From: the human T2T-CHM13v2.0 reference genome, Homo sapiens
Strand: one strand, 5' to 3'
Assembly: GCF_009914755.1 (NCBI RefSeq)
Contig: NC_060926.1
DNA: 64,000 bases
In this document: positions 1 to 64,000 of the stretch, piece by piece
Layout: every line of letters begins with the position of its first letter
Numbering within the stretch: the first letter of the stretch is position 1
Notes under the pieces: model-generated
Seen by the model: the letters and a program-made list of their open reading frames with translations, nothing else
Databases searched by the model: none
What the model was told of the DNA's origin: nothing
Position numbers and translations under genes: made by a program

Positions 1-659
1 TACTATCCAGGAAACCAACTACCCTTCCTCTTTACTAGAGAAAATTGAAGGAATGGAACATCTCATCCTAAACCTCTTTCCCCAGTCTCAGGTTGGATTC
101 TTAGGACCAGAGAGACTATTAGAGCTGGGAAAGATCATAGAACCCACATAGTCTTACCTCTTCTAGAGATGAAGAATGAGCAACCTATGAATAAAATCAG
201 TTACCCAAGGCCAGAGTTGTTATTCTCCTAGTCCTCATTTCATCCTCCTAGTCCTCATGAGTTTTTTTAAATTATTATTTTTTTAACCCATGTGTCTGCT
301 TACAATACCTGTAAAATCAGTGCAGTTTGCCCAAGATACCACCAGGAATGACTCTGGATCCCTCCTCCTTTGGAACCAGCAGCTGTTGAACCCCATAGTT
401 GGAATAACGTTGACATGGCACTAAGGAGGCTTCATAATTCAACCCTGGATGCCCCGTGAATTTCTGCTAATGTCCCATCACGACTTTCCTCTTGGATCTA
501 CTGTGATCACCATGCCTGCTAGCGTTCATCATACTGATTGGCTTATTTGGCTTTTCCCTCACGCCTTCTTGCTGAGGTGTAGGTGTGACTTTATTATTCT
601 TGACCTACCCTGAAACATTAACACTTACATCTTCTAGCTAAAATCGTAGTAACACCAGA

Positions 660-723
660 GAGACAAAATGAGAAATAAACCAAACACAGGCAAGCGAGTC
701 TTCTGTTAATATTGTTATTAACA
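660..723 (-). terminator. Putative non-canonical poly(A) site of STAT4
   Basis: Minus strand reads GTTAATAACAATATTAACAG then CTTGCCTGTGTTTGGTTTATTTCTCATTTTGT. Confidence 0.5.
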
Positions 724-962
724 CTGGTTTCTTAAAGTTGTCTTATCTTGCAAGTTTATCTGAAGCTTTGGTTTCAAGCATTTCAGTCACAACACTCCCA
801 ATTGAGGAGTGCCACGGGAGTGTGAAGAGAGCTTCAGATGTCAAACATTTCCTAGAACCTGGTATTTACAAAGCTGAAGAAATAAAATGTGGTTATTGGG
901 CAAAGAACAGTCTTTAAACTTTTTCATTTGCTTCCTTTCTTGGTGCGTCAGAGTTTATCCTG
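699..962 (-). other. STAT4: STAT4 3'UTR (3' end approximate)
   Basis: Follows the stop codon; end inferred from variant hexamer AATAAC (714-719) and a GU/U-rich tract at about 660-697. Confidence 0.65.
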
Positions 963-47442
<46,480 letters not shown>

Positions 47443-47727
47443 CTGAAAAAAAAAACAATGAGCAAAAATAACTAACGTAAAGCTTAAATATATGTATCAT
47501 AAGAAAATATCACCTCTTGAAAAACAACAACAATCTCCTATTAAATATGTGAAATTACTTGGGATTTGTTCCAATACTCTGTTCCATTAGAAAGTTAGAG
47601 AAACTCATACTGTAAACGTAGACCCCTAAAGAGAGCATATTTATCTCTTTGTCCTCAAAAATAACTTTTAACAATGAAAAATGGTTCTCGAGCACCTTTT
47701 TAGGAAAGATCCTGAACACACACTTAG

Positions 47728-48025
<298 letters not shown>

Positions 48026-49819
48026 TTTGGGCAGGTTTTACATAAAAGTTACTTTCCTATAAATTATCATGAATGAGGTGGTCTCAATTTTTCACTTGTT
48101 AACTGTGTGTCATGGTTTGCTTAAAGCATTTGTTTCTGTCCCTATTTGGTACTGTTTGTGTCAACTAGCTCATAGCTGCATTAGTATACTAGAGTGAAAC
48201 TATATGATACATTGTTTCAGCAACTATATTTTTATGACATCTAAGCATATACATCTTTTATTACCAAGGTTAATGATGCAGATACTGTAAATTGGCAGCC
48301 TGTGGGCCTAATTCAGCCATCAGTTACTTGGTGCAAATTAAAATACTGGAATCCCTTTGGAGAAAGTATGTACTACCCAGGGTTGACACAGTGCCTACCA
48401 GTGAGTGTCCCAAGCACTCATTTACCTTACCTGCAAGGCCTCTGTAGGTGTCTGAGTTTTCTAACCTTAATGGATAGAACTAATCTGAACAACACTATCA
48501 ATTTAGTCAATAGTATTAAATTTCTTTGTTACTGGACTTTTTCCAGGGCAGGATTAACAGGAAGCACAGTAGAAAAATGCATTTATTTAGTTTCCCTCAG
48601 CCCTCCTCCCTGAAGCTGGTGTGAATATATATGAAATGACCAAAAGGTTAGCAGCAGAAAAAATAAAACAAAAATCCACAAAGTGGAAAATTAACAATAA
48701 AAAATAGACTATACAGATATAAACTAGAAGATTTTTCTAGAGAAAAAATAGGTTATCGGTTGTAAACTTTTTTGACTTTGACTTTGCTGCCACAATTTTA
48801 TTAAATGATGTCTGTTAATTACTTCTATTTGTTTTATTAAATGATGTATGTTAATTACCACTTCTATTTGTAAAACAAGAGTAAACACCAACTATCTGAA
48901 TTCCTGCTCTTACATATTTTACAGTCTTCCAAACTCTTTCTTTTTTCTCTTTAAATCAAAAGTCTCCAAATGAAAAAAACAAAAATAAATTGACTGAAAC
49001 TCAAAAGGTAAAGAAATAAAAATGATCCTATTTATGAAGCGGGGATACCATTTTTTCCATTTCCGTGTGTCGACAATTTCAGATTCTCTCTAGTTAGAAT
49101 TTGTTCCTGATGTTAATTTTCCCATGTATTATTTTTTTCATGTAACCTATATTCAACTCTCCAAGAAAAGCTATGTTTTCTCATTTTTCTCAATTTATTT
49201 TAATATTATTCCATTGTTAAAAAAAAGGGCTTCTCCTAGGGCTAATTTGGAAGCTCTGCTATTCATGTAAACTTGAAAACTCTTGCCATCCAAGATTAGG
49301 ATCCTTTTTAGTTCTCAGAGTTCCTCTAAGAACCCAAGAATTACCATTATTTGCCTGTTTTTCTCACAGTTGCAGGAATATTTCTATGCCGATCATTCAG
49401 ATACTACCTTTCAACATTTCTCAGTTGTGTTGTACACTTTTTTCATTTTCCTTTCTTACTTGAACTTCTTCTACCTTCCTTTTCAGATTCAGTTTCCCCC
49501 ATACTTTGTATGGTTAAATTACTCACTTTTTCTTCTTTGTTAAGAGCCAGGAATCACCGCTGTTTTCATCCAGGATATCTTTTCACTTTCCTTTTGCATT
49601 TTTCCTAAGTCCCTCACTTAAATGTATGAACAAAAACATCTTATGGAAAATTGATCATTATAGATTCAGTAACAAATGAGCACTTCTATTTTCCTAAGTA
49701 TCAAAGACATACTCATATTTACCTTTCAGCAGTTACTAAGTACGTGAACCTCAAAATAACAATAAAACAAACCCTTAAGTGTGTGTTAGTGGGAGGAAGG
49801 AAGCAGCATGCCAGAAAAA

Positions 49820-51310
49820 GAGAAACTGCTCATTTTCTGTAGTGTATCAGTTTCTCATGCAAATTTATTGCAAATACCTTCTACTCTATGGCTTATCTTT
49901 TTCCTATCTTCTAGTGTCAATGAAGAGGTTTTAAATTTTAATAAATCATTTATTAAACTTTATGCTTCTTATGATTTAAGAAATCTTTCTGTAAGCTGCA
50001 GGCATGGAGATTTTTCTTTGTGGTTTTGCACCATTGATTGTAATTAACTTGGAGCTTGTTAATAATGAGAGTTTTCTTTCATTTTTTTCCACATGTCTAC
50101 CAAATTCCAATAACATTTACTGAACATCTTATTCTTTTACCACTGCTCTGCTGGGCCAGCTCTGTCATAAATCAAGTGTTCCTTTGTGGGTGGGCTTGTT
50201 TCTGGACTCCATTCCATCTTATGGTTCTCTCTCTGCTTCATCAATAGATAATCTTTTTGTGTTTTTTACTACAGCTTTATAGTAAGTCTTGATGTCAAGT
50301 AGAATAGGTCTTCTTTATATTTCTATATACATTTTAGAATCAACTTGTCAAGTCACACACACACACACACACGCACACACACATATGCACACCCTGGTTG
50401 AGAATTTGAATGACACTAAATCTTTAGGTAAAATTTAGGGAGACTTGGCATCTTTATACTTGTGTTCTAATCTATTTATTTATGTCTTCTTTAATGTTTC
50501 TCTATTAAACATTATAATCTTATATGTGTTTCACTGGGTTTATTTCTGTAGATGGTATTTTTTGATACTAGAATAAATATCTTTTTCCTCATTGTTTTTG
50601 CTGTTATATAGAAATATAATTAATTTTTGTATATTGATTTTGAATCCAGCAACCTTGCTAAACTCTGATTCTAATGCTTTTGTAATATCTCTTATTAATT
50701 CTAAAATTATATCTGTATATTCTTTGGAATTTTCTGCATATACAAATCATATATCATGTGGATATTGATAGAATTTTCCTCCTTTTTAATCATCTAACTT
50801 CCATCAGGATTTCATCTTTGTCCTAAGGTGACTTATTTAAAAATGTATTTGTTAATTTCTATACATAGGGATTTTCTATTTATCTTTTTTTTACAGATTT
50901 TTAGAATAATTTAATTTTAATCAGAATACATTCTCTGAATGACTTCAATCATTTTAAATTTGTTGAGACTTGTTTTATGACCCAGCATATTAATATCTTG
51001 TAAATGTTTCATGTGAGCTTGCAACAAATATGTATTTTGCAGTTGATGGGTACAAATGTTTCATACAGGTTTATTAAACCATGTTTGTTAATTGTTTTGT
51101 TCAAATTTCTGCATCCTTGCTGATTTTTCTTTGCCTGATAGATTTTTGCAGTCATTGAAAAAGGTAAGTTAAAATCTACTCTGTGAATTTTTCTTCTTGT
51201 GCTACTGTCATACACATTTAGACTTTTATATATTAGTGGTCAATGAAATCTTTTATTACCATGCACTGACCTTTATCTCTAGTAATGCTTTTTGCCTTGA
51301 AACAAAAATA
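49820..51310 (-). mobile_element. Degenerate L1M ORF2 fragments
   Basis: T-rich reverse L1 phrases such as tgtatattgattttgaatccagcaaccttgctaaactc and tttgttgagacttgttttatgacccagc. Confidence 0.65.
50354..50391. repeat. (CA)n microsatellite
   Basis: cacacacacacacacacacgcacacacacat. Confidence 0.9.
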
Positions 51311-51399
51311 CAAAGTATACCACAATGCTTTTTATCACTTAGAATTTTTATTTTTTCTTTATTGGTAAAACTCTTGATTTATTTCAACATAGATATATA

Positions 51400-53750
51400 T
51401 ATTTACTAATATATCAGTATTGTGTACATATATTAAAAGGGAAGTATATGTGTAATAAATTGGCTAATGTCTTCCTAAAACTACTTCACTTTAGAGTTCA
51501 ATTTTTCTGAATCTCCTTTAAACTTAGATTTATTGGCACTCATATTTTTCCATAAAATAATGTCTTCTGGGCCATCAAGCATGACAGCAATGCATATTTC
51601 TGTAGAGTGTGCACAATTATTGTCTTCATTTTGTAAGTTTTGATGCTGGCACTTTCTTGATCTCTCCAAAATTTCTCAGTAGAAGGTTTCAGACAAGAAC
51701 CAGGACTCATATTTTTTCTACATATGGTTAAATGGTTTGTTGACTGAAACATTAAAGAGTTGTAATAGTCTAGTCATACCATCATGATAAACAACCACAT
51801 CACTAATAGATGAGATTCGTATTTAACTTTTCAGGCAGATGTCCATGGAATCATTGAGAACCAGAATATATGGTAGATTCTCAGATGTCTATTCCAGAAG
51901 ACTTCTAATCAGTCGTCTGTCACCACAGTCATTATCCATCCACTATCGTGTTTCACTCTTAATAATACCTTTGAAAAAGTTCTTTAAAATTTTTTTTTGT
52001 TATACTTTAAGTTCTGGGATACATGTGCAGGTTTGTTACATAGGTATACATGTGCCATGATGGTTTGCTGCACTCATCAACCTGTCATCAAATTAGGTAT
52101 TTCTCCTAATGCTATCCCTTCCCTAGCCCCCCATCCCCTGACAGGCCCTGGTGTGTGATGTTCCCCTACCTGTGTCCATATATTCTCATTGTTCAACTCC
52201 CACTTATGAGTGAGAACATGCTGTGTTTGGTTTTCTGTTCTTGTGTTAGTTTGCTGAGAACGATGGCTTCCAGCTTCATCCATGTCCCTGCAAAGGACAT
52301 GAACTCATCCTTTTTTATGGCTGCATAGTATTCCATGGTGTATATGTGCCAAATTTTCTTTATCGAGTCTATCATTGATGAGCATCTGGGTTGGTTCCAA
52401 GTCTTTGCTATTGTGAACAGTGCCAAAATAAACATATGTGTGCATGTGTCTTTATAGTAGAATGATTTATAATCCTTTGGGTATATACCCAGTAATGGGA
52501 TTGCTGCGTCAAGTGGTATTTCTGGTTCTAGATCCTTGAGGAATTGTCACACTGTCTTCCACAACGGTTGAACTAATTTACACTCCCACCAACAGTGTAA
52601 AAGTGTTCCTATTTCTCCACATCCTCTCCAGCATCTGTTGTTTCCTGACTTTTTAATGATTGTCATGCTAACTGGCGTGAGATGGTATCTTACTGTGGTT
52701 TTGATTTGCATCTCTCTGATGACCAGTGATGATGAGCATTTTTTTCACATTTGTTGGCTGCATAAATGTCTTCTTTTGGGGAAGTGTCTGTTCATATCCT
52801 TTGCCCACATAAAGTTCTTATTCTTAGACATTGTTTTACAGTTACACAAATTAAATATGGTGGTGACTTCAGCAATCAGCAGTTAGACATAAGATCATAG
52901 TGACATGCTGCTTTTGATACCCCAAATTCATAATCCTGGACTCCTTGAAGTTCCATTTGTATTGGCAGTATGATTTTAAGTCTTGCCAAGGAAAACCACT
53001 CCCTCATCCCTAGCATTACCTCTTTAATTAAACACATATTATCATTTTTCCTCACTTGCATCATGCTGGAAGTTAAGTGTACCCTGCTCAGTCAGCAGGA
53101 TGTTTCTGATAAATTGATGTTGTACATCTTAATGATAATACTGTGCAATGCATGAATCATTCACTCCAGGGTCTTATTGTGCTGAGATTTCTTTCATCTA
53201 TTATGAGGAATTTGGCAATTTCTCTTGCCACTGTTGCTTTGTGTATGACAGGCAATCTTTTTTGCATTAATTTCAGTAACAAAATATAATACAACTTTAT
53301 CTACTTGTGAGCATCTTCCTTTCTTACATCCTATAAAGGATTTTATTGTTGCTTTCCAAGAAAACTTGGAATTTAGGGTCATCCATCTAGTGACAAATGG
53401 TTGCTTCACAAATATCAAATTTGTACCCTGCTGATTTGTTCCCGTCCCTTTCTGCATACATAATAACTATTTGTTTGAATCCTAAATTATAGTGTTATAT
53501 TTTGATGACATTTTAAACAGCAATTAAGATCAACATATGTTGCACCAACAGTGCACATAATTCGATTGAAGTGACAACAACATGATAGCTTTGACCCAGT
53601 TTCACATCACAGGCAATGACAACGATGTTGTGATTGCCACATGGCAACAGCAATTAAGAGGTGTTATTGATTATAATATGCATTCTATTTCAGAGATTTA
53701 AAGATGTTAAAATGTGGAGAACAGTGTCATAGAATCCATGAACATGCTAT
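51400..53750 (-). mobile_element. TcMar Tc2/pogo-like DNA transposon relic (Kanga-like) with transposase pseudogene
   Basis: Degenerate CENP-B HTH (GCKKGRCSQVDKVVLYFVTEINAKK), DDE-like GMTRLLQLFNVSVNKPF, TIR-like end near 53747. Confidence 0.7.
51985..52810 (-). mobile_element. 5'-truncated L1PA (about PA7/8) 3' end
   Basis: ttatactttaagttctgggatacatgtgcag 3'UTR plus ORF2 C-terminus; TSD AAAGTTCTT. Confidence 0.93.
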
Positions 53751-54250
53751 TTATTCTTTTTGCTACTTTATGCTAAATTTCTTGGCTTTCCTTCAAATTC
53801 CCCTTCCACAGCCTTTCTATCTAATTTCCAAATTTGACTTGTCATTAAAGAGTAACTAGTTCATCTGCTCTTTTTCTTCCAAATGGTCCAAGAAGTTCCA
53901 GAGTCAGAAGTAATAGATGTGAGAAGCCCTGTTCAAAATAATCTTCTTCATACAGGCGACATGGAGCCTGAAACTTCACAATTAGGAATTCACTCCTCTG
54001 AGTTCTTTTCCCAGTGGCCCTCTTAAAAATGTAAACACATTTGGAGGGTTAATACCACATTTAACAAATTTCTTCTGTATTGTGAAGGATTTTTCAGATG
54101 ATGTTCTCTGACTGTAGTGACCTGGCAACTGCAGGATGAGAATGATAGGTCCCAGGTCAAATAAAGGGAGAATTTTCTAGAGGGCCTGAAACAGGAGGCA
54201 TTAGTGACCAAAGGGGATATAGGATTCTGAGGAAACACATAACCAACAAC

Positions 54251-54620
54251 TGTCCTAGCTTGGGTTTCTTCAGAAACTGACCTTGAGACAAGGATTCCAG
54301 TGCAAGTCGTTTAAGTGGGAGTTGGTCCCACAAAACACTGTTATGGGAGTGGGCAAGTGAGACGAGGAAGAGAAGGGAGCCAGTAAGGGTGTGCTGTTAG
54401 CCATTTGCTAAGATGGGCTGAGAACCCTTGAAGTTGGTATGGAATATGTGACAGAGTTATCTACTCAAGGACTTTGGGAACTGGAGTATTTTCACATCAG
54501 CTCTTGTCATCTATCATTAGCAATGAAAAAAGATGGGATACTGGCCGTTGGATTTCTACTTGACTAAACTAAAATGATAAGGCCAAGAAGATGTGAACAG
54601 GACAGCCCCACCTCTGCTGT
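54251..54620 (-). mobile_element. ERVL LTR (LTR16/LTR33-like)
   Basis: tgtcctagcttgggttt..cagaaactgaccttgagacaaggatt..agtgcaagt. Confidence 0.55.
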
Positions 54621-54899
54621 ACCAGCTCTTCTCCTAACCCCAATTTGAGAACTTTTTGACTTCTCATTTTTTTAACTACTTACAACCATACTTCTCTCAA
54701 ATGTAGATATTTATTCTTTGTGGTATCTCTGGGATATGAAGCATTTGTCTCCATTTACAGAGTAAAATATTTTCATTCACATTTTTGAATTAGAAATGTG
54801 CAACCTACTGCGTACTTCTGGTTGCCAACTAGCTCTCTCTCCCTTTGCATCACAAATACTGCTGTTGAGTCATTTTTATCTTTATTCCTCGCCAATGTC

Positions 54900-58765
<3,866 letters not shown>

Positions 58766-58964
58766 TGTTATGACCAGCTTCTTATTATTTCCTTCTCTTT
58801 ATTCTGAGTATGTAATTTTTCTTAATGGCTTCTACCTAATCTTTCCTCACCAGAATCAAAAGGTTATGTCTACGGTGAAAAAAACAAACCCACTAAATTG
58901 AAGAAGAGCTGAACTAGTTGTCTTAAAGCTGATTAAAATAGAATGGCTAGTCTAATAGGTTTTA

Positions 58965-61370
58965 AAAAGCAATTGACTTTCATGATAAAAACTCTGAGTA
59001 TACTAGGAATAGTGAAATTTCTCAACTTGATAAAAAAAAAATGTACCAAAAAATCTACAGGTAATATACTTAATGGTCAGAAACTAGGTGCTTTTCTGCT
59101 AAGACAAAGAACAAGGCAAGGTAGGCTGAACTCACCACTCCTATTCAGCATCATATTGCAAGTAGTAGCTTAATACAATAAGGTAAGAAAAGGAAATAAA
59201 TGGTATACAAATAGGGAAGGATGTAATAAAATTTTCTTTGTTCACAGGTGAATTGTCCACATGTGTCCATAGACACAGTGACTGTCTATATAGAAAATCC
59301 CAAAGAACAACAACAAAAAAAGCCTCCTGGAACTAATAAGCCATTAGAGTAAGGTTATAGACTGTAACATTAAGACACAAAAGTCAATTGCTTTCCTATT
59401 GAACAGGAACAAATCATTGGAATTTGAAATTGAAAGCACAATGCTACTCATATTAGCACAAAAAATGAAATACTTAGGTATAAATCTAACAATGTGTGGA
59501 TAAGATATGTAAGGAAAATGATAAGACTAATGAAAGAAATCAAAGAAGAACTAAATAAATGAAAAGATATTTCATATTCACTTTAGGCAGAAATAAGCAG
59601 AATAAAGACTGTATTGTCAAGATGTCAGTTATTCCCCACTTATCTATAGATTCAATGGAATTATCTACAGATTCCAATCAAAATACTAGCAAGTTATTTT
59701 CTGGATAATGACTAATTTTAAAGTTTATATGGAGAGGCTAAAGAGCCAGATAGCAATGACATTGAAAGAGAAAACCAAAGTTGAAGTGACTCCACTCAAC
59801 TTTGGGACTTAGTATAAACCTATAGTAATCAAGACAGTGTGGTACAGGTAAAAGAATGGACAGATAGATCAATGGAACAGAATAGACAGTTCTGAAATGG
59901 ATCCACGTAAATGTACTTAACTGACTTTTGACAAAAGGGCAAATGCGACACAACAGAACAAAGGTGGTCTTTTCAACAAGTGGTGCTGGAATAGCTGGAT
60001 ATTCAGCTGGATATGCAAAAAGTGAATCTAGACACTGACCTTTCACCTCCCACAAAAAATAAGTGAAATTAACTCAAAGTGAACCACAGACTTAAATGTA
60101 AAATGCAAAACTATAAACGTCTTAGAAGATAACAGAAAATAATCTAGATGACCTTGGATTTAGTGATGACTTTTTAGATACAACACTAAAGGCAAAATTC
60201 ATGAAACGACAGATTGATTAGTGGAAAAATTTCTGCTCTGTGAAAGACACTGTTAAGAAATGAAAATGAAAGTCACAGGCTAGGAGAGAATATTGGCAAA
60301 AAACATATCTGATAATGAATTATTATCTAAAATATTTTTAAAAAGCAAGAAAACAAACTCAATTTAAAAATGGGCCAAATACCATAATAGATGTCTCACC
60401 AAAGAAGATATATAGATGAAAAATAGGCATATGAAAAGATGCTCCACATCATACATGGTCAGGGAAATGCATACTAAAATAACAATGAGATACTGCAATG
60501 CATCTATCAGAACAATCAAAATCCAGCACACTGATCACACCAAATGTTGATGCGGATGTGGAGCAACAGAAACTTTCATTTGTTGCTCGTGGGAGTGAAA
60601 AATAATACAGCCATTTTCAAAAACAGTTTGGCAATTTGTTATAAAACTAAACATACTCTTGTAATATGATTCAGCAATTGCACCCCTTGGTATTTATCTA
60701 AAGGAGATGAAAACTCATTTCTACATGAAAACCTACACATGGATGTTTATAGCAGCTTCATTTATAATTGCTGAAATTTGAAGCAACCAAGATATCCTCA
60801 AATAGGTGAATAGATACACTGCAGTCCATCTAGACGATAGAATATTATTCAGCACCAATAAGAAATGAGCTATCAAGTCAGGAAAAGATATGGATGAAAT
60901 TTACATGCATATTACCAAGTAAAAGCAGCCAACGTGAAAAGGCTACATATTGTGTGATTCCAACTATATGACATTATGGAAAAGTCAAACTATGGAGACA
61001 ATAAAAAAGTCAGTGGTTGCCAGGAGTTAGAAGAAAGAGAGGGAGTGGATGATGAATAGGTGGAGAACAGGGGATATCTAGGGCAATGAAACTATTCTGT
61101 ATAACACTATGATACTGGATACATGATATTACACATTTGATAAAACACATAGAACATATAGTGAGCCCTAATGTAAATTATGGGACTTTAGTTAATAATA
61201 ATATAATATTGTAATAATATAAAATTGTAACAAGTACATCACACTAATGTAAGATATAGAAGAAACTGGTGAGGGGTGTGAGAAGGAGACTAAGGGAGTA
61301 TATGGGAAAGTATTCTCTGTACTTTTTGCTCAATTTTTCTGTAAACCAAAGATTGCTCTAAAAAACAAAT
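58965..61370 (+). mobile_element. L1MC-type ORF2 3' half and 3'UTR
   Basis: Degenerate RT region (ctcaccactcctattcagcatc, aaatacttaggtataaatctaac) and L1MC-like 3'UTR. Confidence 0.85.
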
Positions 61371-61699
61371 CCTTTTTATTTTCTGAAATTGTCTTACTAA
61401 AAAGTTTCAGTTCTCATATGCCCTCCTTATGCTATTCCTCTCACCAGAAATGAATGAATTCGAATGAATGAAGTTGCTCGCCTCCTCACTCAAAGTTAGC
61501 TTTAAATTCTCTCATCGTCGCAAAGGTTTTCTTGATAAAAGAAAGGTACAGTATAGGCTGTTGATGGATCTAAATTAACAATGCTCTGTTATTATTTATA
61601 ATAATAATAATAATACATCTATCTTAAACTAGCTAAAAATTAGCTGCAGGTATATATAGCTTGTCTTACCTTATTTATTTATTTTTAAACTACTACTTG

Positions 61700-62024
<325 letters not shown>

Positions 62025-63257
62025 TTAAACTACTTCTTAAAGGTATCAAGTATGTCTTCTACAAGGTCTGAGTACATTTCCTGCAGAATGATCTATGTCT
62101 ACGAAGACTTAACCCTTCTAGACAATCACTCTGAAAAGCAGCTGGAGAGCCCTTTGTACAAAGTCAGAGGACCTGGGTTGGTGGCTCAGTAACCTTTACT
62201 CTGTGATAAGAACAGATATCTCGTCATCATTAGAAAGTGTTTAGACAAGATTATAAGGACAAGAAAATGAAATAGTAAACGTAAATATTGGTAAAGGGGG
62301 TATGCACATATCTCTCTTGCTGATGATAAAATTATATTTCTAGAAAAAAAGAGACTCATACAAATTCTAGAATGAATACACAAGATGACATGATTTTCTC
62401 TACATTGGCAATAACCATCTAGAGCTAGAAATAAAAAATAAGAAATAGAAAATAGATTCAAAATAAGAAAAATAATTTAAAAAACAGGAACGAATTTAAC
62501 AAAGAAGATACAGGTCTTACATGAATTAAATTAAACTAGGGTCACACTGAAAACTTTAAAATCTGAGAAGACACATTAAAAACATAAATTCTAAATGTGA
62601 GAGACTTGTTATTATAAAAATATTAATTGTCTCAAAATGAGTATGTGTGTTTAATGCAATTAAAGTTAGAGTCCTAACTTTTGGAGGGTTTGAGGTTGAA
62701 GGAAAGAGTCAATGAAGTGATCTTAAAGTTCATATGTGACAGAAAATGTCTGACAACAGCTATGACAGTCACAAAGGCTAATTTCTTACTGCTTGAAATC
62801 TGTCAGGGAATTTTCTAACTGCTCTGTTTAGTTTCATTTAATGAACTCTCAAAACTGTTTGTGATAAATGCTGTCATCCTGAGTATACAGCTAGGTAAAC
62901 TGAGATAAAGAACTGTTAAGTAACTTTAAGCCGGTATTCACTTTGACTCCAGAGTGTTGACTTACTTTTAACCAATTAACCATCAAGTTCATTGTCTCTA
63001 AGCTGAAGGGAGGAGAACTTGTCTTATAATATATTGAAATATACCATAAGGTCATTGTATCCAATAGTAATGACATATAACTAGATTAGCAGAGCATAAT
63101 AGAGAGTTGTGGAATAAAATATTAAATAAGAAAATTAATGTATGAAAAGATGGTTTTTCAGTTCAGTAAAAAAGTGCTTATTTTTTAAAATCTTGCTTGT
63201 ATAATTGTCAATCCAGAAGTAAAAGTTGGATCTTTATATAAAGAATTCCATGTAGAA

Positions 63258-63581
<324 letters not shown>

Positions 63582-63706
63582 TTACGTAACAGATATCCCT
63601 TCATTTTAATGGTAGGAAATGGTCCATAGTGTGAATGTGCTACAGTTAAAAAAAAAAAAAAGAATTCTAAGTAGATTTTTAAAGATTTTAACTTTTAAAA
63701 ACTCTT

Positions 63707-64000
63707 AGAGGTTCCAAGATGGCTGAATAGGAACAGCTCCAGTCTGCAGCTCCCAGTGTGATTGATGCAGAAGACAGAGATTTCTGCATTTCCAATGGAG
63801 GTACCTGGTTCATCTCATTGGGACTGGTTGGACAGTGGGTTCAGCCCACGGAGGGTGAGCCAAAGCAGGGCAGGGCATTGCCTCACCCAGGAAGTGCGAA
63901 GGGTCGGGGGATTTCACTTTCCTAGCCAAGGGAAGCTGTGACAGACTGTACCTGGAAAATTGGGACACTCCCACCCAAATACTGCACTTTTCCAATGGTT
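63707..64000 (+). mobile_element. L1PA (about PA6-8) 5'UTR start, continues beyond the window
   Basis: CAAGATGGC YY1 motif (63715-63723), GAATAGGAACAGCTCC, preceded by a TTTT/AAAA endonuclease site. Confidence 0.92.

Noticed and set aside
225-258. CTCCTAGTCCTCAT duplicated; similar small duplications at 43381-43415 and 48803-48868
   Set aside because: Ordinary slippage duplications with no functional hint
52077-52886. ORFs with L1 ORF2-like peptides
   Set aside because: Fragments of a truncated L1PA, not functional genes

Overview
Primate (most likely human) genomic DNA containing the 3' part of STAT4 on the minus strand. I mapped 21 GT-AG coding exons (canonical exons 4-24, 47442 down to the TGA at 963-965). 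They join into one 1974-nt frame of 657 aa plus stop, matching residues 92-748 of STAT4 as I recall the protein: end of the N-domain, coiled-coil, DNA-binding, linker, SH2 (FLLRFSES), Y693 and S721 (PMSP). The start codon and exons 1-3 lie beyond the right edge. The introns are rich in Alu, L1, MIR, L2, ERV LTR and DNA-transposon relics; subfamily names are by eye. This is a well-studied gene and I see no wholly new biological system. The best leads are: an L1PA 5'UTR whose antisense promoter faces STAT4 exon 4; a 109-codon in-frame read-through into the last intron, which also holds a CTCF motif; splice and poly(A) signals for an antisense transcript; a GATA-site minisatellite; a non-canonical hairpin-associated 3' end; a split pogo/Tc2 transposase relic; and several rearranged Alus.
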